NCBI GenBank assembly: GCA_013239625.1
Contig: MU053652.1
Span: 6,687,902-6,751,901, forward strand
Length of the DNA: 64,000 nucleotides
Source: Lama guanicoe
Lineage: Eukaryota
Reading direction: 5' to 3'
The notes below the pieces were generated by a model. The model was not told where the DNA came from. It saw nothing but the letters and a program-made list of their open reading frames with translations, and searched no databases. Shown here piece by piece: positions 53,211 through 64,000 of this stretch (positions within the stretch are counted from its first letter, which is position 1; every line of letters starts with the position of its first letter). The translations under genes and the position numbers were made by a program.

Positions 53211-56200
53211 GTAAGAAACATAACCTCAAAAAAAGATGAAATAGTCATGTGATATATCCTTTAATTAGCTCATAATGGGATTGAGAAAGTGTGAAAAGGA
53301 TAAAGCTTTGGAAAGAAAAAAGATATATAATTTTTTTTAATGAGAAATCAAAAAACAAACAAACAAACCAACAAACTTCCCTCTTCCCAACTGATTTGCA
53401 TGTCACTGCAGTAATTGATGTGATTCCTTTAGAATCAGCTCACTCTATACCCAGGAGCTCTCTTTAGACAAATGGACCCCTGGACGTTGGCCGTGCGGTG
53501 CATTTGGCTGTCCTCCATCAATATGCAGATAAAATAGGCTCTCTTTATTATGTCAGAGTTAAGTTGGATATAATTGAAATAATTGGTTTTTACTGTTTTT
53601 CACCTTTGAGCGATGCTTTAGAAGAATGAAATTCTTATTTTATACAACCTGTGCTTTACTCTTTGGAATAAGAAATTTCAGGGTGAACTTCATGAAATTT
53701 GATATTCTAAAGTTATCTACCTGTCCCTCTTGTCAATGATGAACAATGAGAAAAGCAAAACTTCATGTTCATAAATGACATTGAACCTAAGATTTGGAGA
53801 GTCGCAGAGACATGTTTTGATTTTAAACTTGAGCAGAACATGTCAGATGAGACAAAATGAGAATATACACATGCCAAAGTGTCATTTTCATACAATACCT
53901 GTTTGAAAGATACTTCATTTTAAACAAAAGATTTTAAAAGCCTATAAAGAAATAACTAGGGCCACTTTAAAACACTCAAGATTTTTCTTTGTGCGGATTT
54001 ACACTGTAGATTCCAGAGGTCAGTATCACTCCAGTGCCAGAAAAACTAGGTGTTTGTGACAGAAAGGTGGAAAATAGAGCAATGAAAAGCACCATCAAAA
54101 TTGTCACCATAGATTCAAATCTAAATTAAAAACATGTCCATTTCATATAGCATATCTATAAATCAGTGGTCATATATTCAGACTGTATTCAAGTTCATAA
54201 AAACCTTTAGAACTTCCTACAACAAAATAGGACAAGAATCCTGTTAGGAAAGCAAATATAAACTCTCTCCTAACTTAAGCTAAACTTAACAGAACAATGA
54301 CCTTTTAGGGCTTTGTGTTATTTCCAATTAGTAAGGTAAGTTTGGAAAAATGCTGCTTTTTGGTACATGATGTTTAGATTTAGCTAAAATTATAGGCAAT
54401 TTATAAATTATATTATTATCAATTCTCTTTAAGTTATACTGGCAAATTTTGTATCATTTTAAATCAGCTAATCCTCATAATTCTGTCTCAAATCAGTTTA
54501 CTTCTCTTCAACTACATGTTACTAATTTAGCACAAACTATCTTTGTGTTGCATTTATATTAATTTAAAAAATTATATAAATGTCCCATCTTCAGTCTTGC
54601 CTTTTCCGATCCATACTTTGTACTTAGATCAAAATGATCCGCCTGGTGTACAAATTTTATCTGACCAACTCCTTCCTGAAAGCATAAATCACCAGTTGCT
54701 TTTGGGAGAATACACAGTCCTACAACTGCTGCAAGTCCCTCATGACTTCGTTCCTTCTTACTTGGCCTTTTGTAAACCTCATCTCTTACTATTCTCCAAC
54801 TTGGCCTTTTATATGACCCAGACGTGCTGAATTGATTGTAAACTGTCTCCCTTCTAGGTCTTTGCATAAGCTATTCATCCGGCCTGCATATCCCAATTCA
54901 CACCCAATCTTATCTACTCTCCTTCATTAATTCAACAAATATGACTGATCTCTTTTGGGCTCAGCAGGCAAGACCAGCTCCAGCCCACTTAGGGTGAGAT
55001 CATCCTCCTTCCACCTCTCCAAGGCTCAGCTGGCCGAAAAGAACCTGCCCTAAGAGGCGTGTCTAAGTATGCAGCTGTGGACTTCAGGAAATGATTAGAA
55101 CAGGACGTCCCAGAAGGAGAACAGGGGACTGTCTCAAGGCAGTGAGACTCTAGGTAAAACTTAAACAACCGTCAAGCAGAAAGGGATGTCAGGTCACATG
55201 GGAATCCTGGCAGCAGTTATTGGTGGAAATTCAGGCAGGCTCCTGTTCATACTGTACTGCTGCTGACATGAGGATGGCAGACGGTAGCGTCTCAGCCTTG
55301 GTTTAGGGCAGGGTTCTTATTTTAGACGTGATCTGGAAGTTCGGAGTGAGGGATGATTGGAGCTAATGAGTAGGCCCTTAGCAAAGGAAAAAGGGAAAGG
55401 AAAGTAACATTTTCAATAGTCTACTAAGTGTTTATACGCCTTTCAAATGTATGATTCCCTTGGATCTTTACAAAAATCACAATGTGAGAGGTTGAAAAAA
55501 TTATCCAAAGCCACTTAGCAAGCTAGCAAAGCAGGTTTTCACAAGACTGATTCCAAAGGCCACACTTTTTCTACCACATAAGAACCTCTCTCAACAGGGA
55601 CCCCATTACATGAAAAAAAGAATGTCTTGGGACTTAGAAGCAGTAGGGAATCTATAACGTGTCTCTAAAGTCACTGGTGTTAGAAGCAGCAGGTCAATTT
55701 TTAGAACAGTGCAGTATCACGGTGTCCACCAGGTCCTGTTCCGGTTTTGAATCCTATTCCCCATCTGAGAGCACAGTTGTTCTTCTGCAGGCCTTTTGTG
55801 TATGTGCTTCTTCCCATAACATCAGTTCAGTTATTGGGGTGAGGGCTGAGCCTAAGGTGGTTAACACGTGGTATCAGACAGAATGAAGAAGTAAGACCAG
55901 AAAGAAAAGGACTCGAGTGAGGCTCCATCAGTCATCTTACTTAGGGTCTGTGCATGTAGGCATGTGTCATCATGAGTAAGTCTCTGCATGTGTGCTAAAG
56001 GGTCTTAAACTGTCCTCTGCATTTATTTCATGTTTCCTATATTATACACAAAGAGCTGACCATCTCAACTAAAAACACTTTTTAGACTTACACTGCTATC
56101 CTTGGGTTGTTTTCCTCAGACTTTATTCACTGTCCATCGTCCTTTCTCTCTCTTAGTGCTGGGTTGTGCTTTCCTCCCTCTGTCTTATGTTTATGTTTTT

Positions 56201-56402
56201 ATTGCAACTCTCCCCCGGCATTTCCTTTCAAGGCTTCCATTTCTCTTTAGTTATCTGACCTATAGAGACAGATTTCAACCTATCTTGTCTTTTAAAGTCG
56301 AAGTACTCACGTTTTCCTGGTTTAGTCTCAGGGCTTTAATTGTGTGAGCATCACAATGACCAGAAGCCTCATGGACCAGAGTACTTCTTGGAGTTGAATT
56401 AT

Positions 56403-56881
56403 TGTGTTAGGTAGACTTACAGTCTCTCAAAGATATCAAATCTTAAGTCTTGAAATGTGTAAATGTTACCTCATATGTAAAACGTGTTTTTGAAGTTGTG
56501 ATTGAATTAAGGATTTTGAGATGGGGCAATTATACTGGATTATCCAGATCAGAATTGTCATGATAAGAGAGAGGCAGACCCACAGAGAAGGTGGTGTAGA
56601 GATAGAGGAGAGAGACATTTGAAGATGCTGGCCTTAAAGACTGGAGTTGATGTGGCTACAAACCAAGGAATACCAGCAGCCCCCACAAGCTGGATGGGTC
56701 AAGGAACAGATTCTTCCCTAGAGTATCTGGATAAAGTACAGCCTGATGACACCTTGATTTCAGACCAGTGATACCAGTTTTGGACTTCTGGCCTTCAGAA
56801 CTATGAGAAAATAATTTTTTTTTTCTGTTGTAAGTCACCAGTTATAACAACTTGCTGCAGCAGCCACAGAAAACTAATGCA
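56403..56881 (+). mobile_element. MaLR solo LTR (MLT1C/D-like)
   Basis: aatgttacctcatatgtaaaacg...ttaaggattttgagatgggg...ggaacagattcttccctagag...ttggacttctggccttcagaactatgaga...gcagccacagaaaactaatgca. Confidence 0.88.
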
Positions 56882-57156
56882 TTCCTGTAATTAGTTCATT
56901 CTTTGCATAATTAAATATGTTATTTAATCATCTGTCTGATGTAGCAAAAACAAGACTGGCTAATTAGGATTGCTCAGCAGCAATTTCCTCTGTAGGAAAG
57001 CCTATGATCCCCCTGTCCATTTCCTTTAAATCCTCCTTCTGCCACGTGTTTGGGTTAAGGCAGTATTTTCATCTCAACATTACAGTGTTTCTTTAAGAAT
57101 GGATAGACTTTCAATTCTGTCTTCTACGTTAACATATAAAGTATAGTGTTCTAATT

Positions 57157-57235
57157 CAAAGATACTATGATTTCATAGCTAATCTAAAGATACTATGGCT
57201 TTTAACGATACTAATGTTTTACAGCTAATCTAAAA
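57157..57235. repeat. Local tandem duplication (aaagatactatg / agctaatctaaa)
   Basis: Each unit occurs twice within ~80 bp. Confidence 0.7.
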
Positions 57236-58239
57236 AAAAATCCTCACGTTTCAAAGAATCCCCTTTCTTTTATATGAATTGTTTAATTTTTAAATCCTAA
57301 GTAAGTTTCATTTACATAAACTCTTCATATGAATATATGAAGTGCTCAGAAACAAAAACAAATATGTGAATGCTGAAAAGTTATTTTATGTGGGTTTTGT
57401 TTTTCTTGCTTTTGTTGTTGTTTTGGGGGTGGGGAGGTTACTCCTCTGAGAGCTAAATATAATATGAATTTCCAATCACACCTCACTTTTTAAATGAAAC
57501 TCTGAGCTACATTCTCCCAGGGTGTTATATAAGGTCTTAAATTTATGTTATTTCCTTTTGCATTAGAGCACATGGCAAAAACATTCTGTATCTAAACTTG
57601 CTAAGCTGAGGATGGCTAATATTACTATGCATTAGAATTTCCATTTTTCCTCCTCTCTACATATTTTTAAATGTTAAGCAAAATGGGCAAAGTACAATAA
57701 AATAGGCAAACGTTTTGTTCATGCCCTACTGTAGAGATAAAGAAAAAGATGCTGCTATAATTCAATCAGTGTCAGGCGGTGTCATCATGTCACAGCACAG
57801 AAGAGTCATTAGTGCAAATATGATATGAAAAAGCTATTCAAGGATATCAGTTATTAAGGACTAAAGAGTGGATTGTATGAAAGCTAAGGATTTTCTCTTC
57901 TCCTATGTCCCAGTTCTCCCAGCAGCATAGAATTTTAATCAATGATTAGTCTTTTATCCTATAACCCTATTATGCTTTCCTATTTTCATATTTCCCCCTC
58001 TGGAAGACTGAAACACTTTGTATATGATTCAAAGGCAAGCTTGAATATTCTGAAGACTATCTAAAGGTTTATATACTTCATACTGAAAATTAGAATAAGC
58101 CACATGTAACATTCATTTTGTTTATTCCTGGTTACTGCCCAGATTTTGGAGGCATTCTTATAGGTGTTTCTAATTAACCTTTAACATGCTTTGATTTGGA
58201 AAAAAAAATTAAATAATATTTCTAATCCTTCCTTCTAAT

Positions 58240-58325
58240 TTTTTTTCTTTTTTTACTGTAGTATGACATAAAATTGTATGTTAGTTTAGGTATACAACAT
58301 AGTGAGTCAACATTTATACACCCTC
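58240..58325 (-). mobile_element. Short L1 3'-terminal fragment
   Basis: Poly-T then tgtatgttagtttaggtatacaacatagtga. Confidence 0.55.
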
Positions 58326-59218
58326 CCCCTAATTTTAACAAGAACTCCCTGTTTGAGGGAAGAGGAAAAAACATATACACTATCTGGAAAATCACCTCAG
58401 GTGTCGGTTTCATTTTGCCTCGGTGAAACTAATTAATATTAACTTACAAGACATAATTTATTTAAATGGTAGTATTCTAAGGCTTTCAACTGAGGCTTAA
58501 GCAGCAATTATATTTATTACTCCACATAAATTCTCTGAACAGTCTGAAGGAAGCATTTGATGCTATATTTGATTTGCAGCCAAGCCATTCAGCAAAATTC
58601 CATTCCAACATCCTCCACGAACATGTAAGCAAAGCAAAGTAAATGTCTTTTAAGCTTGTTATCAACAAAAGTGTCCTCGTTCAGTGCATTAGCAACAATA
58701 ATAAAAACAAAGTACACTCAGACCAAGAGCGTAGGGCTGAGCTGTGGGTCTCTAGTTCTTTTCATAAATCAATTCATGATGTCTTTCCTATGGAATATCC
58801 AATTAACTGTAAATAAAACTTCAGGCATGCTGAAAAATTGTTTCTTCCCCCAAGAAATGACGGTTAGAAATAGCTTCTTGATAGCAGTCATTACTGGCTT
58901 TTACTATTGAGTACAAAAGGGCTGACCATGTTAAAAGGTTTAATTTTTATGTTTCAGTGGTCACAAAGTCAAAAACCAAGATTTATCTACAAGGGCAAAG
59001 ATAGCTATAAATTCTATTACTGGTGACAGCAATTTTCCTTCCACTACCTTAGGCTGAATGTAACTTTATTGCTACTTCTAGGAGGGACTTGGAGGCAATT
59101 TCCATTTTATAGCCACCGCGAGTTAAAATCACAAGCCCAAGCAGCAGTCATTTCAGACTGGTACATAATTTAAAGAAGGAAGCGTAACATGTAGATCGTG
59201 TTATCCACCTGCACTTGC

Positions 59219-59290
59219 CTCTGTGTCCAGGCTGCTTCATCTTCTGCCAGCACCAGCCAATCAATATGTCTGGTCTATCAGGACCAGACT
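59219..59290 (-). other. Candidate first exon with ATG (59240) and GC-type donor
   Basis: Starts at the Inr A (59290); GAAGATGAAG has A at -3; donor GAG|GCAAGT at 59219, weaker CAG|gtggat at 59209. Confidence 0.45.
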
Positions 59291-59320
59291 GACAGGGTGC
59301 TTGCTGTGCAGTTTTTATAC
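59286..59320 (-). promoter_or_regulatory. TATA box plus initiator core promoter
   Basis: Minus-strand TATAAAA at 59319-59313 and Inr TCAGTCT (YYANWYY) with its A at 59290, 29 nt from the first T. Confidence 0.55.
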
Positions 59321-60184
59321 TGCATTCACTATTATCTTCACATATTGTTTTTACACTTCCCTGGTGGGGAGACTGTCAAATGGAGCTGAAGTCAATAGTT
59401 TGCATGGAACGGTTTTGTAAATGAGAAGTCGGTCACTAGAGACCCCTCACTAGTGGCTTAATATCCACTCTTTACCGAGCAACTATCAAGGTTTTTAAAA
59501 GAGGTTATAAGAACTGTTTCAGACATCAAAGTAATAGAACAGTGTATTCTGGTCATGTTTGAAAGAACAAAACATCATTCTATATAATTAATGTTTATAA
59601 TTTTGTTTATAAATTATCATACCCTTACTAGGGTATTAATGTAGAGAACAGAACTACATATTATTGTTTCATTTCAAGCTGGATATGTGACAATATCATC
59701 AGAATAAACATCCTGACTGAAAGATTCAGGAGTTGCATGAACACTTAAACAATTAAACACTTAAACACTTAAATAATTTGTTATGACAGTATCACTATTA
59801 CTAGGAAAATCTCATCTATCCTTTAAAAAAGCATTTGTAGGTATATCAAGGCAGAGGATCATCTCAACATGGAAGAATGTGTAATATATTACATAAAATT
59901 GTGCCGAAGTTCAGAATATTTCTATTTATTCAGGATTACATTGCTAATAAGAGTTTGACCAATAATGTCTTGTATGCTGGTAAACCAGAACCCAGAACAG
60001 CTGTCTGATGACAATTAGTACTCAATACACAAGTGTGGACTGAGTGAATGGTTTATTTTAAATACGTAATTGAAGTTGCAAAAAAGAATTTCCATTCACA
60101 GGTAAGCCTCGTTAATTAGTCTCCTTTGGTTTGAAGCCATTGCTTACTTTTGTCAGAAAGAAAGGTTTTTAAAAACATAAAAAA

Positions 60185-60605
60185 GCTGGGGTATATTTAT
60201 ACAATGGAATGCTACTTGCCATAAAAGTAATAAAATAATGCCATTTGCAGCAACATGGATGGACCTGGAGATTGTCATTCTAAGTGAAGTAAGTCAGAAA
60301 GAGAAAGAAAAATACCATATGATATCACTTACGCGTGGAATCTAAAAAAAAGGCAAGTGAACTTACTTACAAAACAGAAGCAGTCTCACAGACATAGAAA
60401 AACTTTTAGTTACCAGCAGAGGAAGATGGTGGGAAGGTATAAATTGGGAGTTTGAGATATGCAGATACTAACTTACATATAAAATTGATGAACAACAAGT
60501 TTATACTGTATAGCACAGGGAACTATATTCAATATTTTATAGTAACCTATAATGAAAAAGAATATGAAAGCAAATATATGTATGTATATATATGACTGAA
60601 CTATT
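60185..60605 (+). mobile_element. 5'-truncated L1 (ORF2 end and 3'UTR)
   Basis: gcagcaacatggatggacctggagattgtcattctaagtgaagtaagtcagaaagagaaag...tatagcacagggaactatattcaata. Confidence 0.9.
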
Positions 60606-61379
60606 AAAGTTAAATAGACTTCTCTACTAAAAAATGACCAAAGATAGTTGACTGGCCAGTTAGTTTAAATTTGTTTCCCACCCTTATTAATACTGTATTC
60701 TAACCAAACACAAAGATGCAGGGAACGTAATTTACTCAATCAGACATTCTTTCACTTCATTTTCCCTGATACTTACTATAAATGACATTTATTAATGTGT
60801 TATATGTGATCTGCTTCTGTAATTTAATTCAATATTTGTGTCATGTATGGTGTTAAAAGCAGATAAACAGATGTGCAGACATATGAACGATGGGAAAATA
60901 TTGAGGAAAAAAAACCTGTTCATAAAATTTTAAATCAAAAGCTTTAATTAAAAGTTCAACAGATGCCCCAATCTGTTCACACAGTTTTGTTCCTTTCACT
61001 TCTCTCAGAAGTTTTCAAAATATTAAATCACTTTTGATCAATGTGTGATTTTTTTTGTTTTTGAGCAGTTGTCAATTGTCTGTGTAGGTATAATTTTACA
61101 TGATGCATTCGGGTACTTCACTCACATGTTCAGGTGGCTCCTTACTGTATTAGTTTTTAACAGTCTCTAAACTGGGGTTTCAGTTTGCCTTCCTAATTTG
61201 TATTTTATCACATCCTCTGCAGATTACCCAGTAGATAGTGTCATATGTTTCACCAAGTAGATACTGAATAAGTGCCCCTGGTATCTGATGAAATCTCTTC
61301 CCACACACCTGAGGCTTTTGTGTCTCCGCACATTAACTTGCCACTTTACCCCACAGTCTAGAATGTTTTCTAAGAATTT

Positions 61380-61640
61380 CAACACGCAGACACTAGGGCC
61401 AGATTGCTTGGTGCAAACCCCAGGTCCATCACCACATCGTGTGACCTTAGGCAAATATTTAAAACTCCCTTTGCTGCAGCCCACTTCATTAAAAAAAAAA
61501 AAGAAAAAAGGGCATCTAGTGTTTTAGTTTACACCTACCTCATTCAATTGCAGAGACAATTAAGTGAGCACTCATATGCATCTGTTTGAAACAGTTCCTG
61601 ATGCTTAGTAAATGCTTCATGTTGGTAGTTATTATTATGA
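61380..61640 (+). mobile_element. MIR SINE
   Basis: cagacactagggccagattgcttgg...gtgaccttaggcaaatatttaa...gcttagtaaatgctt. Confidence 0.7.
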
Positions 61641-62529
61641 TAATTATTATGAACTGGAATTTACCTTTCATAAACTTCATCAATTTTAAAATTGATAGTA
61701 AGTTTCACCTCCTTTCTTCATTTCTTATCACAGAACTACACTGCAAATCTGTTCTTCGTTTGAACTTCTTTAGAATTTAATTTTTCATTTTTCATATAAC
61801 ATTTGTGTAATGCCTAACATATACTAACTCTTCTGCTGGATTGTGGTACAGAAATTATTAATTTTTTTCTGTTTCACAGGGCTCACAATCTGAATGGATT
61901 AGGGAAATAAATGTCTCAATTCTAGTTCAGTTTAATGGAGACTAAATTGAGGAGAAACCTTAATTTCCAACTGGGAAGTATGGAAGTGCATAAATTCAAA
62001 CAGTTTAAAAGGTGACTATGAAAAATTTTTAAATGTAGATTTTCTTTTAATCCAAGGACATCTTATGAGCCAAATGCCTGTTGCCTATAGTTTATAAAGT
62101 AAAAGTATCATGCATTTGGCATTTAGTACTTTATTCTTAATAACATACATTTCCTATTGTCAAAATATTCTATGAGAAACATCTTTATAGTTATGATTTT
62201 ATAAGAAAGATTACTTTCTTTAGACAAATTATAAATGGTATTTCTAGGTATAAGGCTATGTAAGATTCTTATATTTTTCATATCTATGTCAAAATACTTT
62301 GAATTATTTTAAGTGGAGATTTTTTAACAATATTCCTCTTATGATTATTTGTGACTATTTCCCTTCCAACTTATATATCAATACTGAAAATTAATATTTA
62401 AAAATTGTTTTTCCCCTATGCTGGATGAAAATTGTATATTTTTATTATTTCAACTTGTATTTAAATTTTATTATTTTTAAATAGATACAATTTTCACAAC
62501 ATTCAAAACATTAATATTGAAAGAACACT

Positions 62530-62800
62530 GTAACAGCTAACTATTGCTATGTAACAAAACATCCCAGAATGAAGAGGCTTAAAATAGCAGCCATTTATTT
62601 ATATTTCATAATTTTCATGATATCTGAGCAGTCTGCTTGCTGATTTTGGCTAAATTAGACAGTCATAACTGGACTCACTCATGCATTTGTACACATTCGG
62701 TGGCATCAGCCATCTTGTTACAATAGCCTTGGCTATGATAAATCAAATTTCTTCCACTTGTGTTTCACATCTGTAAAGACTTATTTGGTTTTTTTCTTTG
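62530..62800 (-). mobile_element. MaLR (MLT-like) LTR fragment
   Basis: ctattgctatgtaacaaaacatccca...ggcttaaaatagcagccatttattt. Confidence 0.6.
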
Positions 62801-63109
62801 TGTGTATATATATATACACACAATAATAATAAATATATATTTACTAAAGTATCGTCAGTTTACGATTTTGTATAAATTTCTGGTGGACAGCATAATGCTT
62901 CAGTCATAAACATTTATTTGTTAATTGAATTTTTTTAATTCATTGATCACAGATTTTATCCTTACTTTTTCTATTTCTCGTAACTTTATCGATTTGTTCT
63001 TTAGATACTTTCGAGTTGAGGTTTTATTAATTTAATGTAGTTATTTTCATCCTTTTATATATATGTATGTATTCATATACACACACACATATATATTTAT
63101 GTGTTCATA

Positions 63110-63302
63110 TATACATGCCTTCCCCGTAACTCAGCATGATATGTAAGCCTCAATGCCTGACTGCCTTTGAGAATCACATTTTTATGGGACTTTTGTATAT
63201 ATGAAATTTGTTTTCCTCCTATTTATGTCTGAATGTCAATTTAATTTTTAGACTGGCCAAAGAATCAAAAAGGGAAGAATGGAAAATTTCTCTGCCTGAC
63301 AC
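63110..63302 (+). mobile_element. ERV1 LTR 3' part (MER34-like)
   Basis: tgtcaatttaatttttagactggccaaagaa...ggaaaatttctctgcctgaca. Confidence 0.5.
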
Positions 63303-63479
63303 ATGAAAAGTAATTGAATGGATTATCGTGTACTAGAAAGGCCCTAAGTTCAGGAAATACGATTAAATATGAGATAAGTGCTTATATATGAGTAATTCAT
63401 AATGAAGATGTGACAGCTATCTTAATATCAATCTTCTAATAAAAATCTATAGGAAATACAGGTATAGACTTCTAAAAGA

Positions 63480-63810
63480 AATATGGAAGTATATTGGTGA
63501 TTAGAGAATTTATTTCTCTCCTCTCATCTCATGACAAGAGTAAGGAATGAGGCTGTATGGCTCAAATGCATAATGAATAAAGCAGAGTATATATAAAATG
63601 CATACAATTTCTTTTGAAGAACCCATGGAAAACTTACCAGAATTGACTATTAGATGACAGTGAAAATCTCTAAGTACTAAACGTGTAATTTGATTATACA
63701 ATCAGAAAATAAACAGCTTTTCTCATCTAGAAATTTAAGGGAAAAAGAAAATCTCTCTCTTAAAACAATCTGAGGCAAAGATGAAATCCAGATTTTAATT
63801 TCAGAATATC
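63480..63810 (+). mobile_element. Old L1 ORF2 endonuclease-region fragment
   Basis: aacccatggaaaacttaccagaattgactat...tgattatacaatc. Confidence 0.5.
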
Positions 63811-63811
63811 T

Positions 63812-64000
63812 ATAAAGACACTGAGGCTGTGCAGACACACAGACCAGCTGCAATCAAAGAAGAGAAGTCTCAAAGGAAACCATTCATGGAGACACCTTGA
63901 TCTCAGCCATGTGGATTCCAGAACTGTGACAAAACAAAATTTCTGTTGTTTAAATCACCCAGGATGTGCTAAGTTGTTCTAGTACCCCCAGCAAACTGAT
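63812..64000 (+). mobile_element. MaLR LTR 3' part (MLT1A/B-like)
   Basis: gacaccttgatctcag...ttccagaactgtgacaaaacaaaatttctgttgtttaaatcaccca...gcaaactgat. Confidence 0.75.

Noticed and set aside
1..64000. CRISPR arrays, operons, tRNA/rRNA genes, NUMTs or a prokaryote-type defence system
   Set aside because: The sequence is mammalian; I saw no repeat-spacer array, tRNA A/B boxes, rRNA or mitochondrial-like segment

Overview
AT-rich mammalian genomic DNA, roughly half made of interspersed repeats. The 3' end of the youngest L1, and the lack of any recognisable Alu, B1, Bov-tA, PRE-1, SINEC or ERE SINE, point to a cetartiodactyl, probably a camelid (inference). I recognise no host protein-coding gene; the only convincing long ORF is L1 ORF1 (18219-19117, one frameshift). 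Main non-repeat structure: (1) a CpG-island promoter at ~29.96-30.65 kb with E-box, GC-box and ETS motifs and splice donors pointing both ways; (2) candidate minus-strand exons at 30190, 29668, 27269 and 23241 (lncRNA-like or short-ORF transcript); (3) a canonical TATA+Inr promoter on the minus strand at ~59.3 kb. Its first exon has a GC-type donor and can be spliced in frame to candidate exons at 39.4 kb and 37.1 kb, giving a 35-aa or 78-aa micropeptide; (4) strongly signalled plus-strand non-coding exons at 40059 and 53034, antisense to that unit. Repeats include a TSD-flanked young L1 that keeps its 5'UTR and ORF1 but lacks almost all of ORF2 (half-L1-like), other internally deleted or nested old L1s, two ERVL pol fossils, L2, MIR, MaLR/ERV LTRs and DNA-transposon relics. 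All gene models are predicted by eye from splice and promoter signals and are unverified. Repeat subfamily names come from recalled consensus sequences, not a database search.
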